DNA from: Schmidtea nova
Lineage: Eukaryota
Assembly: GCA_044892505.1 (NCBI GenBank)
Contig: CM097882.1
Location: 258,664,001-258,728,000, forward strand
Length of the DNA stretch: 64,000 nt
Reading direction: 5' to 3'
The notes under the pieces were generated by a model. That model saw nothing but the letters and a program-made list of their open reading frames with translations. It was not told where the DNA came from and did no database searches. Positions 1 through 14,714 of this stretch are shown in pieces; the stretch's first letter is position 1; every line of letters begins with the position of its first letter. The position numbers and the translations under genes were made by a program.

Positions 1-566
1 ATTCTATTTTAAAATATTTTGTTTTTTTTAAATAATTAAAAATTTTTATAATAACATTATGCATTTGTATTTGTTCCTTTATGCTTATAAAATAATGCAA
101 TTTTGTTCGTGAAATATAAACTAGAACAACGACTATCTTTTTTTTGGTTTTTATCACAAAAATTTATTTAAAAATTTTTTTTAAAAAAATATATATTGTT
201 ATAATTTATAATATCATCAATTCAGTTACTTTACTAAAGGTATAAAAAATTATCTCTGTAAACTGTTATCTAACTCAAAAGATTTATTTTTGTGACCCAT
301 AATTAAACCCATAATTTTCTGAGTTGAATGAATATCAAAAGTGAGTGTGACCATAGAAAATGACTCATGTTCGAGGATGAATCATTAATGAGTCACGTCT
401 TCATATTTACACCATTTCTATATTCAATCTGTTATAAGCAGATATTTTTGGTCACACTCACGTGACTTTTGTGAGTAAGATGGACATGTATGAATAGATA
501 CGGATGTATTTATTAGTATCCGTCTATCTAGCTATCTAGTTTATTTGACTGATTTATATATTTTCT

Positions 567-1860
567 TAAAAATCCATAAATTTCTTAAAAATCTATAACA
601 TTTCCTAAAATTCCATAAAACTTTTTAAAAATTCATAAAATTTCTTAAAAAACATAAAGTTCTTTAAAAATATCATCCAAAAATATATAGCTTAAAATAT
701 AACAGGAAATTAAGATTTAAAAAATATCTTTTTAAGTGATATATACTATATACAGTTTGTTACTGATAAGAAGGTGTATGGTGACCTAAGTTATTTTCTA
801 AAAGATAAATATAGCAACTTAGAAACTTCCAAGAAATTTATCAAAAAATTTTTAAAATTATATATGGAAGATAATCAAAATTGGTATGAATCATATGATG
901 TCTTCTCCCCTTCGTCCAATAATGGTATAGAAAGTTTTAATTTACTTATAAAGAAAAAATACATCTCTTGGACTAGAGTAGATTTTGATGAATTTATGAA
1001 GATGTCCTGTCTGATTTTAAATGATTTCTCCAAATTAGTAACTTGTTTGGATAAAACCGTTTACGATCGAAAATAAAAAAACATTTTCTCGTCACTTACG
1101 AAGAAGAAACTGTTAATATTGAGGATATAAAGCTAATTTTTCATTCAAACTTTGCGACTTTTCGAGAGTGTTCAGCATTTTTAAGTCTTTGATTTATATT
1201 ACAAGAAAAGCTATGATTAAAACTACTTATTGTTCATTGTTCGTGTGGTAAATTTGGTAAAGAATAGAAATGCAATTTATGGATTTTTAAGAAATTTATG
1301 TATTTTTAAGAAATTTATGGATTTTTAAAGAAATTTATGGATTTTTAAGAAATTTATTGATTTTTAAAGAAATTTATTGATTTTTAAAGAAATTTATGGA
1401 TTTTTAAGAAATTTATGGATTTTTAAGAAATTTATGGATTTTTAAGAAATTTATTGATTTTTAAAGAAATTTATTGATTTTTAAAGAAATTTATGGATTT
1501 TTAAGAAATTTATGGATTTTTAAGAAATTTATGGATTTTTAAGAAATTTATGGATTTTTAAGAAATTTAATGATTTTTAAAGAAATTTATGGATTTTTAA
1601 AGAAATTTATGGATTTTTAAGAAATTTATGTATTTTTAAGAAATTTATGGATTTTTAAGAAATTTATGGATTTTTAAGAAATTTATGGATTTTTAAGAAA
1701 TTTATGGATTTTTAAGAAATTTAATGATTTTTAAAGAAATTTATGGATTTTTAAAGAAATTTATGGATTTTTAAAGAAATTTATGGATTTTTAAGAAATT
1801 TATGTATTTTTAAGAAATTTATGGATTTTTAAGAAATTTATGGATTTTTAAGACGATTTA
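567..1860 (+). mobile_element. MULE/Mutator-like transposase remnant bracketed by inverted arrays of a 19-20 bp unit
   Basis: ORF 774-1076 has NWYESY...PSSNNGIESFNLLIK, resembling the C-terminal W...TNNxxESxN motif of MULE transposases. The array at 1275-1852 is mirrored by degenerate reverse-complement units at 567-680. Confidence 0.5.
1275..1852. repeat. Tandem array, 19-20 bp unit AAGAAATTTATGGATTTTT(A), about 30 copies
   Basis: Directly visible periodicity. Confidence 0.95.
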
Positions 1861-1926
1861 TGTAAAATAATACTTTAGCCATTTATACAATAAAATGAAA
1901 AATAAATTAATATTAATCAAATTTAG

Positions 1927-2636
1927 GTCCAGTCAGTAGTAGTTACAATCTCCTCCATGTCGGTTTAGGAATCATCATTACTATGCTTATACTTATTCTT
2001 TTAGTAGTCTATGTATTATACAAAGAACATCGAAAACAGCAAAATAAAACTCTAAGTGCATTTAGAGACGATTTACCCGATGGGAAGTTATTAGGCGACA
2101 ATAACGTTCTTTTAATGAGTCAAATCAATCCTCCCGTTATTCCAATATACCATCAAACATACAATACCCAACTATCTGATGTTATGCCATTTCCTCCCCA
2201 CTACAATTCCGGTTCGAGTTCCTCCAGGCCCACATCGAATCAGTCACAGACTTTATCCAATCATCATAATTATAATCGATATTCATCGCGTGAAAGTATG
2301 CAAAAAAACGCTTTGAGGCGAGCACATTCCACCAAGCAGTTGAGATATTCTCACCGGGAATCCAATAGCAACAACAACAACAACAACAACAACATTAACA
2401 ACAGCAGCAACACATACAGCCATAACAATAACAACAATATCAATAGTATTCCACCACTCAATAATCCGTACAGAAACGTTTCTGCAAAACTAGCCAAATC
2501 TCACAACTGTAATTTGAATGTCGACCACAAATCGGATCTGTTTAACCACGAGGATCCGAATTTCTATCCAATATCGACATTGGGCGACGGGGGGACATGG
2601 ACTAGAGAGAAAATGCAGAAAATATCCATGGTTTGA
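1927..2636 (+). CDS. Terminal exon of a single-pass membrane protein: TM helix, Asn/Ser-rich cytoplasmic tail, C-terminal -SMV
   Basis: Acceptor TTTAG at 1922-1926 (phase 1). The frame is open to TGA at 2634-2636. Hydrophobic run VGLGIIITMLILILLVVYVLY is followed by basic KEHRK. Upstream exons not identified. Confidence 0.75.
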
Positions 2637-5600
2637 TGGCAGGTCAAGCGCAGCCAATCCGATTAATGATTAACTAGCATTTATACAATTTGATTTATTA
2701 ATTTATTCATTAAACAACCTTTACTTGTTACAATAGCACATTAGCTTGTAATTCTTTTCTGGGTCTTCGATAAATCAGCAGCTATCTTCAATATTTAGAT
2801 ATGTTATTTCGAAATTCTAAGATTTTTTTATTCAATAAATTTCACATAATTTGATTAAGATCGGTGTCTGTGCAACTGCGAATGTCGTAATCCCATTGGT
2901 TGTGTAATAATATTGCGTTGCGGTGTTCCGGTCAGTTGTGCACTCGAGCGAAATTGTTGAGTAAACACTGCAATTAATTATTTTTTTCATAGATTCTACG
3001 AATATGGAATTAATTTAGAGAAAAAAATTTATCAAGCACAAAAAAGAATTTAAAATAGATTTTTTCATTAATTTTTTCAAATTTTTTTAGAGAAAATAAT
3101 GCTTTAATGAATAAGAAACGTAATTAATTATTAATAGACGTCGTTTTATATATAATGTGATTTATTAAAAAATTATTTTTGATAATTTCCAATTTGTTTG
3201 TCTAGATTCTAGATTTAAAAAGACGTTAAAGACAATTGTCAATTTGACGTTTAAATGTTGTGAAGAAATAATAAATATTAAGTTTTTTACTGGGTTAACT
3301 TCAATGATATTTAGCATTCTGGCAAGGGTGTTGCGATTATGCTGTCATGGTTGTCAATTAATACCCCACAAATTTTCACAGGGTGTCACTTGTGTAACTC
3401 AATACCCCTATCAAGTCACTTAACTGGATATATTTTTCTTTTCACTACTCTTTATTTTCAATACACTCTGCTTTCTGTGTTTCTTTGTTTTTAAATACGG
3501 AAGTCCATTTTATTCTTTTTCCTCGTCTGTTATGGTGTTTAAATATTACTTTGAGAAGCAATACGGCTAAGCTAGTTCAAAATTGAATCCGCGCGAATGG
3601 GGTCCAAGTTTTTTTTCCTATCTTTAACTTAAATTCTGTTATGTTTTTGTGAGACAAAGTGAAAGGATATGTTTGCTATAACTTGACACCTTTATACGTT
3701 CATCGTATGTGTAGAAATCCCTGCAATGATGCTAGCCTTCTGGTATCGCTGAGGAAAATTAAGGCTATTTTTCTCACATAGATAGTTGGTCACTTTGCAG
3801 CAACATTGCTGATTCTTCTCATTTTAAGGTCATAACTGATAATTTCTTTAGAATTTTTATCTCCAAGCTCTGGTACTCATCTTTACAGAATTACTCTAAA
3901 TATGACACCTGATCTACTAATGTATTTTATTGTTCATGAATAAACAAAGTCTTTTGGATACCTGGCTGATGTGAAGGACTAAAATAAGTTTGGCCAACAT
4001 CCGCCAGAGCAAGTCAAAGTAATAGAATCATTTGATACTAATAACCTAGGTTCAGCTGCCATCATCATCGTCTCAGATGTCTTATTAACAGTTCTTTCCT
4101 TGCGGCAAAATCAAGTGCATTTACAGAGCCTACTAAATGTTACAATTCTCCTAAATCTTCCCATGGTTACCATTGGTAATCAACTTAATTTAGCTCCCAT
4201 AAATGTCACCACCATCGTGAAAATGCTAATACTCTTTTATGTTTCATCTCTGCAAAAGCTAATAACAACCTGCTCATTTTCATGCCAAAGGATGCGTCAT
4301 TTGTAAAATAACGATTTTCGACATATAAAAAACAAGTAATACATTTTTAAAGTATGAACAGGAAGAAATGCATTCAATGACTCAAATGAAACTTTTGCGC
4401 CGTAAGAAAGGTATGCCTGTTACAGTTAAGCTTATAAACAACAGTAGAGGTCCCATGAAGCTATGCATTAGTTTGATACGCATTTTAGTGGTGTCCAGAC
4501 AATCTTTGAGAGTAGGTGATTACAGATGCAACTCAAATTGGATATTGCTTTTACAGGAAAAAGTAAACGATAGTCATGCATTAAAGTCCTAGTTGATCAA
4601 AAGAAACAAGAACAGTAGATTGAGACAAAACGAAATAATCAAGATTTTGACTCAATTTTGATAATAAAAGCTAGTGTATCCTTTAAAGCACGCGAATATA
4701 ATCTCAAAAATCGCCTCCAGTGCGACGAATACCGTCGGATTGATATAACTCATGATTATCATTCAATATTTTCCCACGAGCTTCCGTTGTATAACAGAGT
4801 TGTATAATTCGCCAGACTCATACACGACTACATTCGCCGTGACTATTTCTTATGTATTACAACGATTTCGCCTTAAATTGGAAAATTATGGAAACAAAAA
4901 ATCTAATGTGTGTTATATTTTGTACAATAATTATATCATAGCCTACAGAGATTTCTGGATAACTAAACCATGTTTCACTCAGTAGCATCATGTATATTCA
5001 ATAAGCATGTAGTTAAAAACTGCACATCTACCTGTACGTTATTCATTGCTGTTTTATTCAGTAAAAGCATTTATATGTCGTAGGAAAAGAAATTTAAAAA
5101 ATAAGCACACGCAAACACAAAACAAAATAAACTGTTTCAGTGGGTAAAAGCATCATATAAAATTTCATTGTCAACCGTTAATGTAGATGATTATAAATAA
5201 ATGTTTTATTTTGTATGGTAAATCTCTCAATTTCAACGGTTGTTTGCACCACCTTATCATTCAGTTACCCGATCTGAAAATTATGATGGGATACTTCTTG
5301 CTTCTATTTATAACTTTGTTTGGGGTTTCTGCCATGGAATATCATGCAAGGTACTAAATATTTATCTTTATGATTTATATTGCACTACATTTAACTTATA
5401 TTTTCAAAGATTTGATTTTTGTACTAATTTCTTTAGATGAATACTTAAATTTAATTGGCTGACTGGTTAGTATTGACAATTACGTAGGGTAAGTTATCAC
5501 AATTTAAAATCAACACAACAAAATCGAAAACAACTACAACAACAACAATTAATTTTTCCACAAATCAGATATTTATAAACACATTTCATAAAAAAGCTAT

Positions 5601-8352
5601 AATCTAGCAGTAATCGACCCAACAAAACCCCTCTAAATTGATATTTCACATTTAATGGTTATTTTCCACTGATTATTTCCCCTTTAAAAATATTATTTTT
5701 TTAAAATAACAACCCATTTTATTTGAATTTGCCCTCTGTGAAAGACTACATCTAAATAGACTTCCTCTTAAGATTCACCCATCTTATAGAAATTCATCTT
5801 TACAAAGGATTTCCATTTAAGTTTTTTCTCCATGAAGAATTATCCTTTTGATTAGCATTTCACCATGACAGTTCTTCCCTTTCAATGGGATTTCCTTATT
5901 TGAATCGGTTTAACCCTTTAGGAATTTTCCCCACCCGAATGGAATTTTCTATCCATAATTTTTTTTATTTGGGTTTCTTATTTTACTGTAATTTCCCACC
6001 GCAATTTACCTTCTTTTAGTGGACTTTTCCACCTGAATTTAACATTTTTAGTGGATTTCATCATTTTCATTGGATTTTTCCATTTTTAATTGAATACAAG
6101 CCTTTTTCAATGGATTTATACTGCATGCCCTTAAAATCAATAAAAATTGAGTTTCTACCATAATTTTCAATGATACCCAATCGAATGATAACGCTGAAAA
6201 TAAATGATTTTTTAAATAGATTAGATAAATTATAAATTTAAATTAAATGAGATTTTAAATTTAAATTACAACAAACCCACAGAGAAATTATTTTCTTTAA
6301 GAATAAACAAAATTTACATAAATAATTTTTCTTAAAAGATTTTAAATAACTAAATTACTCAAATAAATGGTAAATAGTTGCAGATGAACATTAAAGAGAA
6401 AAAAAATTATTTGAAGTAATAAAGTGAAATTTAATTATAAAAATTCTCATTGAAATAGTATGGGAAATTGTAAGTGAATTTATTGATGGAAATATATTAA
6501 AAAAACAATTAATAAAAATTTTTTAAGGATCAAAAGTATTCATGAAAATGAAACATTCAGAGAAAAAATTAATCAATTTATCGATCAATTCATTCAATTA
6601 CACAAACTTTAGATTTTTAGTAGGGGGTCGCTGTATGATTATAACATAATTTATAAAGTTTAGGGATAAATGTATTGCGCCAGAAACCTCAACTCCACAT
6701 ACTCAGTTGCATTTAAAGTCAAAAATCTTTCGATGCTAATAGAAATAAAACTTTTATTCCATTTATCAAATTTAAATAAATCATTTTTGAGGATGCAAGT
6801 CATATCCACATAAAATATGAAAAATTACAAGTTTTATAAATTTTATTTTTATTTACATTTGGAGTAAGTCACATCCGACCATTTACCCATGTAAACGTTG
6901 TGATCTTTAATGTGATTTTTAAAATATTTATTACACAAATAACAGATCGTAGGAGAACGTCAAGACCTTATTTGTGCAGAATAAAAAAATTCCATTTTCT
7001 TTTTGAAATTATTTATAAAATAAGACAAAATTATTTTTTCTCTAATATCATCGATATCGGTCAAAGATTCTTTTACAAGCTTAGACCATAAAAGCTTTTA
7101 TAAGATTTTTCGAGAGTAAAGTTACTTATCAGATATTAATCAGCGAAAATAGGAATTTTCAATATATTTATCATATTTAGGTAAAACCGCCTCAAAATCG
7201 GAATATGGCTAACAATCGGATGGCTAACAATCTTAAACCAACTCTTAAAAGATAAGTTCCTATATGAAGGTAAAGTGTACAAAGTTGTACTTAACTGATA
7301 TTTTGTGCATTTAATATTTGCATTTGATATTTCTTCTTTTAATATTTCTATTTTAGTTATTAGAGTAGGTTGCATTGGGAATGATGTTTCTACATGTTCC
7401 ATGATTTGGACGATATCGAGTATAATTGTTTTGACCGGAAAATGATACATTTTATGAATAAATGTGATGTTTGCCATTTTGTTACCTTTATCATAATGTT
7501 TTAACTTTGGTCTTCATATTAATGGCTTGTCTTCATTTATCATTAGAGTCATATTTACGTTTGTTCGATATTATTATAGGTCATACGCCAAAGCGCAATA
7601 ATATTGTATCTAATCTAACATTGAATAAATGAAATTCAATCACAAATTACTAAAAGATTTTTAATAAAAATTAATATTTTATTATAAAAACATTAAAGAA
7701 ATATCGTCATACTTACCAAAATCGCCATTGATAGGGTAAAATTAAATGTAACATGGCACTGTCCATACAAATTTTTATTTAATAGCGTGTTGAGCCGAGA
7801 AAGTCAACTAAAAAAAGAAAAACAATTGAATTAATTAAAACAAAATATTAAACCATAACGAAATTAACCCATAGAGACCCAATTGAAACTATAAAAAAGT
7901 GCAAATAGAATAAAATAAAAAGGAAAATAAATTACCAATAATGCATTAAAATCTGGAAAAATAAGAGGCCCGTTGAATAGGAAAATCTATAATAAAAACA
8001 TGGAATAATGAGAAATTAGAGAAATAAAAGTACATTTTATTATTTTATTAGTTGAATTTTAATCCAGAAGGCAGGATATTGCGATCTGTCGATCAAAATA
8101 TTTGAATAAATTAAATAAATTAAATAAAAATAAGAATTACTTTGAAGGGCAGAACGATCCTGATTGGTCCGTTAGACAGGCTCAATCAGTATAAATACTG
8201 AACCAAAAATCAAAAGAATCAGAATCATTAAATTTAAACTAGTTTATTGGTCGATTATACTGAGCGTAAACTAAAGTAAGAATTTTCTGAAAACTATTCG
8301 ATAACATCTTGAGGATCAAAAAGTAATCGTTCTTGTTATATGTGGTTTGTTA

Positions 8353-9643
8353 CTTGGTACGCCCAATAAGTCGTGAGACTAATATAGAAATAATAATAGT
8401 AAAAAAATTGATACAGACATATTTAAACTTCAACATATATAGGTAAAGAAAATGTATTTTGTTTTAATAATCCATTATTGTTTAAGTATACTTTTGCGAA
8501 CATTTGAAAAATGCCTCTGGAAACTATACAATACCGTAGAGTTATTCGCTTTCTCTTTCTGAAAGGAAAAATAGAGAAGAGGTTCTTTCTGAACTGAAAG
8601 CTGTTTACCAACAAGAATGCCCATCCACAGCAACAATTGATCGATGGTTCAATTACTTTCAGAGTGGTAGAACCTCCGTGGTGGACGAAGAAAGATCTGG
8701 AAGACCCTCAGAAATTGATGAAAAAATAACGCAAAAGCTGCAGACAATCGTGCAAAACGAGAGAAAAATAACGACGAGAGAGCTCACAACCCCTCTAAAT
8801 GCGAGCAAAGGCACTGTGCATACTCTCCTCACTGAAAGTGGTATTTGAAAACTATGTTCCCGTTTTGTGCCACGCTTCTTAACGGTGGAAATGCGACAAC
8901 GACGCTTGGAATGCTGCTTGGAGAATCTGCAGATGAGGACCAATGTTGGAGACCGTTTCATTGATAATATCATCACTGTGGATGAGACACCGTTGTCCCT
9001 TTATGATCCCGAATCTAAAAGAGAGTCTCAAGAATGGAAACTGCCAGGAGAAAGCAGCTAACTGAAAATGCGGTCCTCAACTTGCCACCGAAAGGCTCTC
9101 ATGCTGACGATGTTTTTGGACGCCAAGGGCATTATTCTGGCTGACTTTGCTGAATCCGGCGTGAAGATCAATAGTTCTTACTACTCCAACATCGTGCAAC
9201 AAGCAAGGAAGGCATGACGCAAGAGCAGAGTGTGTAATTTCTATTTTTTACACGATAATGCTCCCATCCACACCAGCAGCGTTTACATGGCCAAAATTGA
9301 GCGTTGCAGGATCAATTTGCTTCCCCATCCACCATACAGCCCCAATTTGGATCCCTCTGATTTTTTCCTGTTTAACCATCTTAAGAAGCATCTGCGGGGC
9401 CAGGTGTTTGCCAACAAATATGATTTGAGAGCAGCCGTAGAGAGTTTTCTGGGAGAAAAGCCTCCAGAATTCTTCAAAAACGCCTTCGAAAACCTCTTTA
9501 TTAGCTGGGAAAATTGTGTCAGTGCAGAAGAAAATTATTTTGAGAAATGATGCCTATTTACCATGCTTGTTCTAAATACAAAGTTTTGTGTTGATATCTT
9601 AAGTCTTTCTATTTTAGTCTCACGACTTATTGGGCGCACCACG
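8353..9643 (+). mobile_element. Full-length (1291 bp) mariner element, DD34D transposase inactivated by stops and frameshifts
   Basis: TIRs CTTGGTACGCCCAATAAGTCGTGAGACTAA / TTAGTCTCACGACTTATTGGGCGCACCACG with TA on both sides. Motifs TVDET, FLHDNAP, YSPNLDPSDF, with 34 residues between the last two Asp. Confidence 0.95.
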
Positions 9644-9739
9644 TATTATACTTAATTTCAATTAATATGATTTTCTTGATGCGTTTTATTTCTATAAAGT
9701 GTTTTAACTCTATTTATTTATGGAATGTTCTAAATAGAT

Positions 9740-11990
9740 GCGTCCTCTGTATCTCACGCCACGAGGGTGACTTCCATCTGCGTGGGGCTTCTTAGCTCCA
9801 CGAGATGGTGAGTATATTTTAGAAAAGTTTAAATGCAAACGTTTAAAAAATTAGATAACTAAAATGATTTTCACGGTATCGTGAGAAGGGTTGCACATAC
9901 GGGGTTCCAGTGAAAGGCTCATGTATAATTTTATCAGACTTCACGACGCTGGAATAAATTAAACATTATATGGACCCGAAAGCTTGTGGCTAAATGAGAA
10001 GTTTACAAGGAAGAGTATCGAGGCGGTCTAAATTCGTCCGTAACAAAAGGAGATTTGATATTGAAATGCAATTTATTTGGGTTTAATAGACATGGTGATT
10101 TTCATTTTATAGTGGGGTTGTGAATAGGGTGATTTAATATTTTTGGGAGCCCGAATAGTTACCGTTTACATAGATAATGGGACATTGGTGAGTGGATTGG
10201 AGGAGTTTGAGTTACCCTTTCCGGCAAGAGTGTCAAAGCGCTCGTGAGAGATGCCATAGTGAAATACCACAGTTCATGCGTAAGGGGTCCGATGAAATAA
10301 AGTCATAGTGATATTTGACGATGGGAGACATTGAGCGAGTCAATCCGAGTAGCGGATGTTAAGGATCATTTAATTTATATAGAATTTATAGAGATGCAGG
10401 AAGCCTGGTCAGAAATATAACAAATCGAAAATATGCGACGATATAAACAGCAAGAAAGATTCAAGACCCAACAGAAGAAAGTCCTTGGTTTGTTGAAGGA
10501 CTTACTCGCACCAATAATAAGGACAGTGGACGTACAGATGTGTAAGTGGGGCCGAGAGTTTAAATTGATCTGTCCCTTCTCGATTTGGAAGAGCACAAAG
10601 AATGAAATATGGTATCAGGGAGGCATTCATTGGCCCATTTTGATGGTATCCACATATTCTCCGCAATATACCAAATTACTGATCGTCATCATGGACGGAC
10701 AGCAGCGTCCCCGGCAGAATATTTATTGGGACTACATTCCATAGTCCGAGTTCCAGGCTCTTGGATTCTTACTACTTAGTCCGCCCCGGCTACTCAGAAG
10801 ATGCCAAAAAGAAAAATTAGAAAGATTCTCCAAAACCACTCTGAGACAGAGTTCCATCAGGCTGGGATTGCAAATTCAACGGGTGTTTGTTTGGAACTCC
10901 ACGTTATGCTTTGATTAAAAACTAATTATATTGAGGATGTCAAATATATGCATTTTCCTTTCGTGTAAAGTTGTCTGATTTATTGAATAAATTTAGGATG
11001 CGAATGTTCTAGACAATTGATCATCACTGAGTTAAATGTGTTTTGTAATTATACATGATTAAATGAAAGATTGCTTCACGTTTAGTAAATGTTGCCTATA
11101 TTCTTTCAGCATGTCTAAACCACCTGGAACACACGACACTATTACCAAGGCTCAAAATATATAGATGAATCTTGAACGGGAAGTTGAAATCTGGAAGGCT
11201 CAAGGAAACAGACCCGAGGACCAAAATTAATATCTGCGTCAGACTCTGTTCACGCCGGCCCAAATGAAAGATAAGATTAGGCGCACGGAGCGTGCCAAAC
11301 GAGCCGTTACCGAAACACAATTAGAGCCTGAGGCCAACTGAATAGAACTGAGAAAATGTCTTAACTCGGTCACCCGATCTTTTGTTGAAGTCGAGTTAAA
11401 GGTATGAATCCGGCCGATTACATTACAGCAATGGACCGAGCAATTGACAACGAGCTGCTTTGTAGGAACTGATATGAACTACCTGGTCGAAAATTCACTC
11501 AATATTCGAGACAAGTTGAAAGAAACTCTATCGAAGCGGACAGGGCCCAGAAAACGCAAAAGTATATGCGCAAAGCGTTGACCTCAGAAGAAACTGATGG
11601 CGCAGAGACTCAAAGGGCAGATTGACCTATTAGACGACTTGGCAGAGTTGGAACTGATCGCCAAAATTCTTCCCGTATGTGATTAAATATAAATCGAATT
11701 TTCTCGAAATAAATGTATAGAAATGTCTTAGTTGTAACATTTTGTAAAAGGGGGTTGATACGATTCACCAGGAATAAATAAAACAACGAAGGAAACAGGC
11801 AGCCAACGAGGAAATGCGTAAGACCTTCTATCGCCATCGAGGACGACCAATGATTAGTAGTCATGGAAACGGTGCCCACCTACTCATGGAGATTGCCGCC
11901 AATGTGCACAGTACTAACTTAGTTAACGGGGAACAACTACAGGTGCACGGTATTGGAGCATGTCATCTCTAAGAAGTCAACGGTCATGGT
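9740..11990. other. Copy 1 (more decayed) of an unclassified multi-ORF repeat family
   Basis: Translated similarity and collinearity with 18610-21270 (see findings). Boundaries approximate. Confidence 0.65.
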
Positions 11991-13621
11991 TACTATAAGT
12001 TTCCAAAACCAAACATAAGTATGAATTAATGTAAATCGAAATAGAGCAATTCAAATATTATTTGTTTGGTTTCTTAAATTAAGAACATCCATTATTTCTA
12101 AAAATAATATATTTTTAAACACAACACAAATTTCTAATATTATTCAAACAATTATTTTTTATCTCTGAGGATAATTTTGCAAGCATAATTAATTATTATG
12201 TTAATTTATAATTTTATTATAGTATTTAAATCCATTTAAAACTGAAAATTAAATACTATTTCTATTAAATTAATCTCACATTGAGGACTTACACAAACTT
12301 TTTTCAAAAGATTATTAGTTAAACAAATATATTTTTGAAAAATGACACTTGTAAAATTAAATAACAGTTTTAAAAGAACTCATTTAAAAAATTGACAAAG
12401 AAAAATCTTTTATCAGTTAATATTGAAATAAAAATCTCATGTTCTTGATTAATCGTCAAAGCCATGGCTTAATTTTTCGACCAGACGGTGTTCCGGTTCT
12501 TTTTTTTGTGTAAATAAAATTCTTTACATCACATTTACTTCTAGCATGTTTTGTTTTTTATTTTCTAATCGATGAAAAATGTAAAAAAAAATTTTATATT
12601 TAAAAAAATTATATTTTTCACATTGCAGGGTAACAAAATGTTAAAATTGAAATAAACTAATACTAGTCTTTAAAATAGCGATTCTGTATTAAAAATAGAC
12701 TATTAACTTTACTTTTACCGTGTTTTCGGGTACTTCTTTTTTCTCAAATTTGGTTAATTATGTAATTAAACATGGACAGATCTGGTATATTCCATATACT
12801 AATATATATTTTTAAATTTAGTAAGATGTAAATTTAAAATATCTCTCAGTTGACTTGATTATTAAAACAATAGAAATTAATTACAATTGAGATTAATTCT
12901 GAATTTTAATTAAAATTTTATAAATCCCAAAAATTAAGGTAGATTCATTATAACCCATAATTATGTGTTACTGGGGAATTATCCCTCTAAATTGATGCAA
13001 TAATTGTATTTTAAATAGATTTCATGTCATTATTTTAACAGAAATGTAAATTTTTATTTCTGGATTTGTTAATATTTTTGCTAAGTAATGGATTTAAGGA
13101 TGAACAAACTTGACAAAAAATAATTAGCATAAGTGAGTTAAGAGATGTGAGTCCTTTGAAATGACATAAACTAGCAAGTTTTCCCTCTGGCCCTGAAAAA
13201 ACTTTATACTTTTTTTTGACATTTTACATGACATAAATCTTTGATAACCAAAACTATTTTATAATTTTTTAAAATTTTAAAAATTTTCCTTTTGCTTTAA
13301 AATTTTTATAAAATGTGCAAAATATAATTATTTAGTAAATTACAATTTTTTAATTTGTAAAATTCATGGAAAAATTCAATCCATTAAATAAAATAATTTT
13401 CTAAATTCACTGCATAAATTATGTACTTAAATGATTGTCTCTTCCAGGAAAGCCATTGTGGCTCAGTGACATCCAGTACAAATTCGCAACTTCCCTCGTC
13501 AAAATAATTTGAACTGAGTAAATTATTTATTCGTATATAGGTAAATATACAGTTATTTGTTTTAATCAGTTATTACTTAATTAAGGAATTTTAGCATTTA
13601 TTTTAAAATATCCATAGAAAG

Positions 13622-14640
13622 CGTGCAATATCAGTGAAATTCATCTCCTCTTTATAAAAGACAAGATTAGAGAAGAAGTCAATGCAGAGATGAGTCCTGT
13701 TTATGGTGATGAGTGTCCTTTAAAAAGCAATAATTTACCATAGGTACAATTACTTTCAGAGTAGTATAACCTCAGTTTATGATGAGAAAAGGCCAGCAAG
13801 GCTCTGTGAAATCAAAGTAAAAGAAAACGAAAAACCTGAGGAAATTGGTTCAGAAGAAAAATTACAACCGGAGAGCTAATAATGCGACGAAACCTGATGA
13901 TTGGAAACTGTCTGGAGAAGTTTGTTCTAAGAATATGAGGTCATCAATAAGTCACCAAAAGGCGCTTATCTTGACAATGCTTTGAAATGTCATTGACATT
14001 ATTTTGGTTTATTTTGCAGAAAGCGGTGTTCGAATTAACCCTTTCCTATCCTGTGTCTATAAAAATATGACAAAAAAAATTAACCATTCTATCCTCTGTC
14101 TGTATATAAATGACATTATTTTTGAATTTTATTTCCAATGCACTGTCGATTATATTATGACCAACTGTTTATAGAGCGATTATGAAAAAAAAATTTTTTG
14201 AACTTTTTTTGAAATTTTATTAGGATTGGAACGGGCAAGACACATAAAATAAAGAAAATAGGAAAGGGTTAATAGCTCCTATTACTCTAGACTTCTACAA
14301 AAAACAAGGATTCTTCGAAGGAGAAGTAGGAGTGTGGTCTCTATTCTTACACGATAACGCTCCCATGCACACAAGTGCAGTTTCAATTGGCACAATTGAG
14401 AGTCGTGGACTTAACGTATTTTTCCTTCCTCTTTGTCGTTCTAATTTGGCTCTATGTGACTTTTACTTGTTTAATCATCTCAAATAATCCTTACGAGTCC
14501 TGCAAATTTCAATAAAAGACGAATTCAAAGATGTAGTGACGCATTTTAATGGCGAAAAGTCTCAGAATTTCTTTAAAATCGCATTACAAAACCTGCTTAC
14601 ACACGGCAGAAAATGTGTCGATGAAAAATAAACCATATAT
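13622..14640 (+). mobile_element. Decayed, internally deleted mariner of the same subfamily as 8353-9643
   Basis: SHQKALILTML..IILVYFAESGVRINSSYY matches CHRKALMLTMF..IILADFAESGVKINSSYY of the first mariner. FLHDNAPMHTS and DFYLFNHLK are present. Confidence 0.85.
14039..14268. mobile_element. 230-bp piggyBac-type MITE inserted in the mariner
   Basis: TTAA at 14035-14038 and 14269-14272; TIR CCCTTTCCTAT / ATAGGAAAGGG. Removing it restores GVR-INSSYY. Confidence 0.9.
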
Positions 14641-14714
14641 AACTTGGTTTTAGTAAATATGAAATATATTTGCGTTCATTTATTTATTTCTATACGAATC
14701 TCGCTACTTATGTA

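Noticed and set aside
2855-2967. Possible terminal exon on minus (VFTQQFRSSAQLTGTPQRNIITQPMGL...) after a TTGCAG acceptor
   Set aside because: Only 37 codons, no recognisable homology and no upstream partner exon found.
5240-5510. Exon-like ORF (FAPPYHSV...GFCHGISCK) with a GT donor
   Set aside because: No family match, and the next candidate exon contains a stop.
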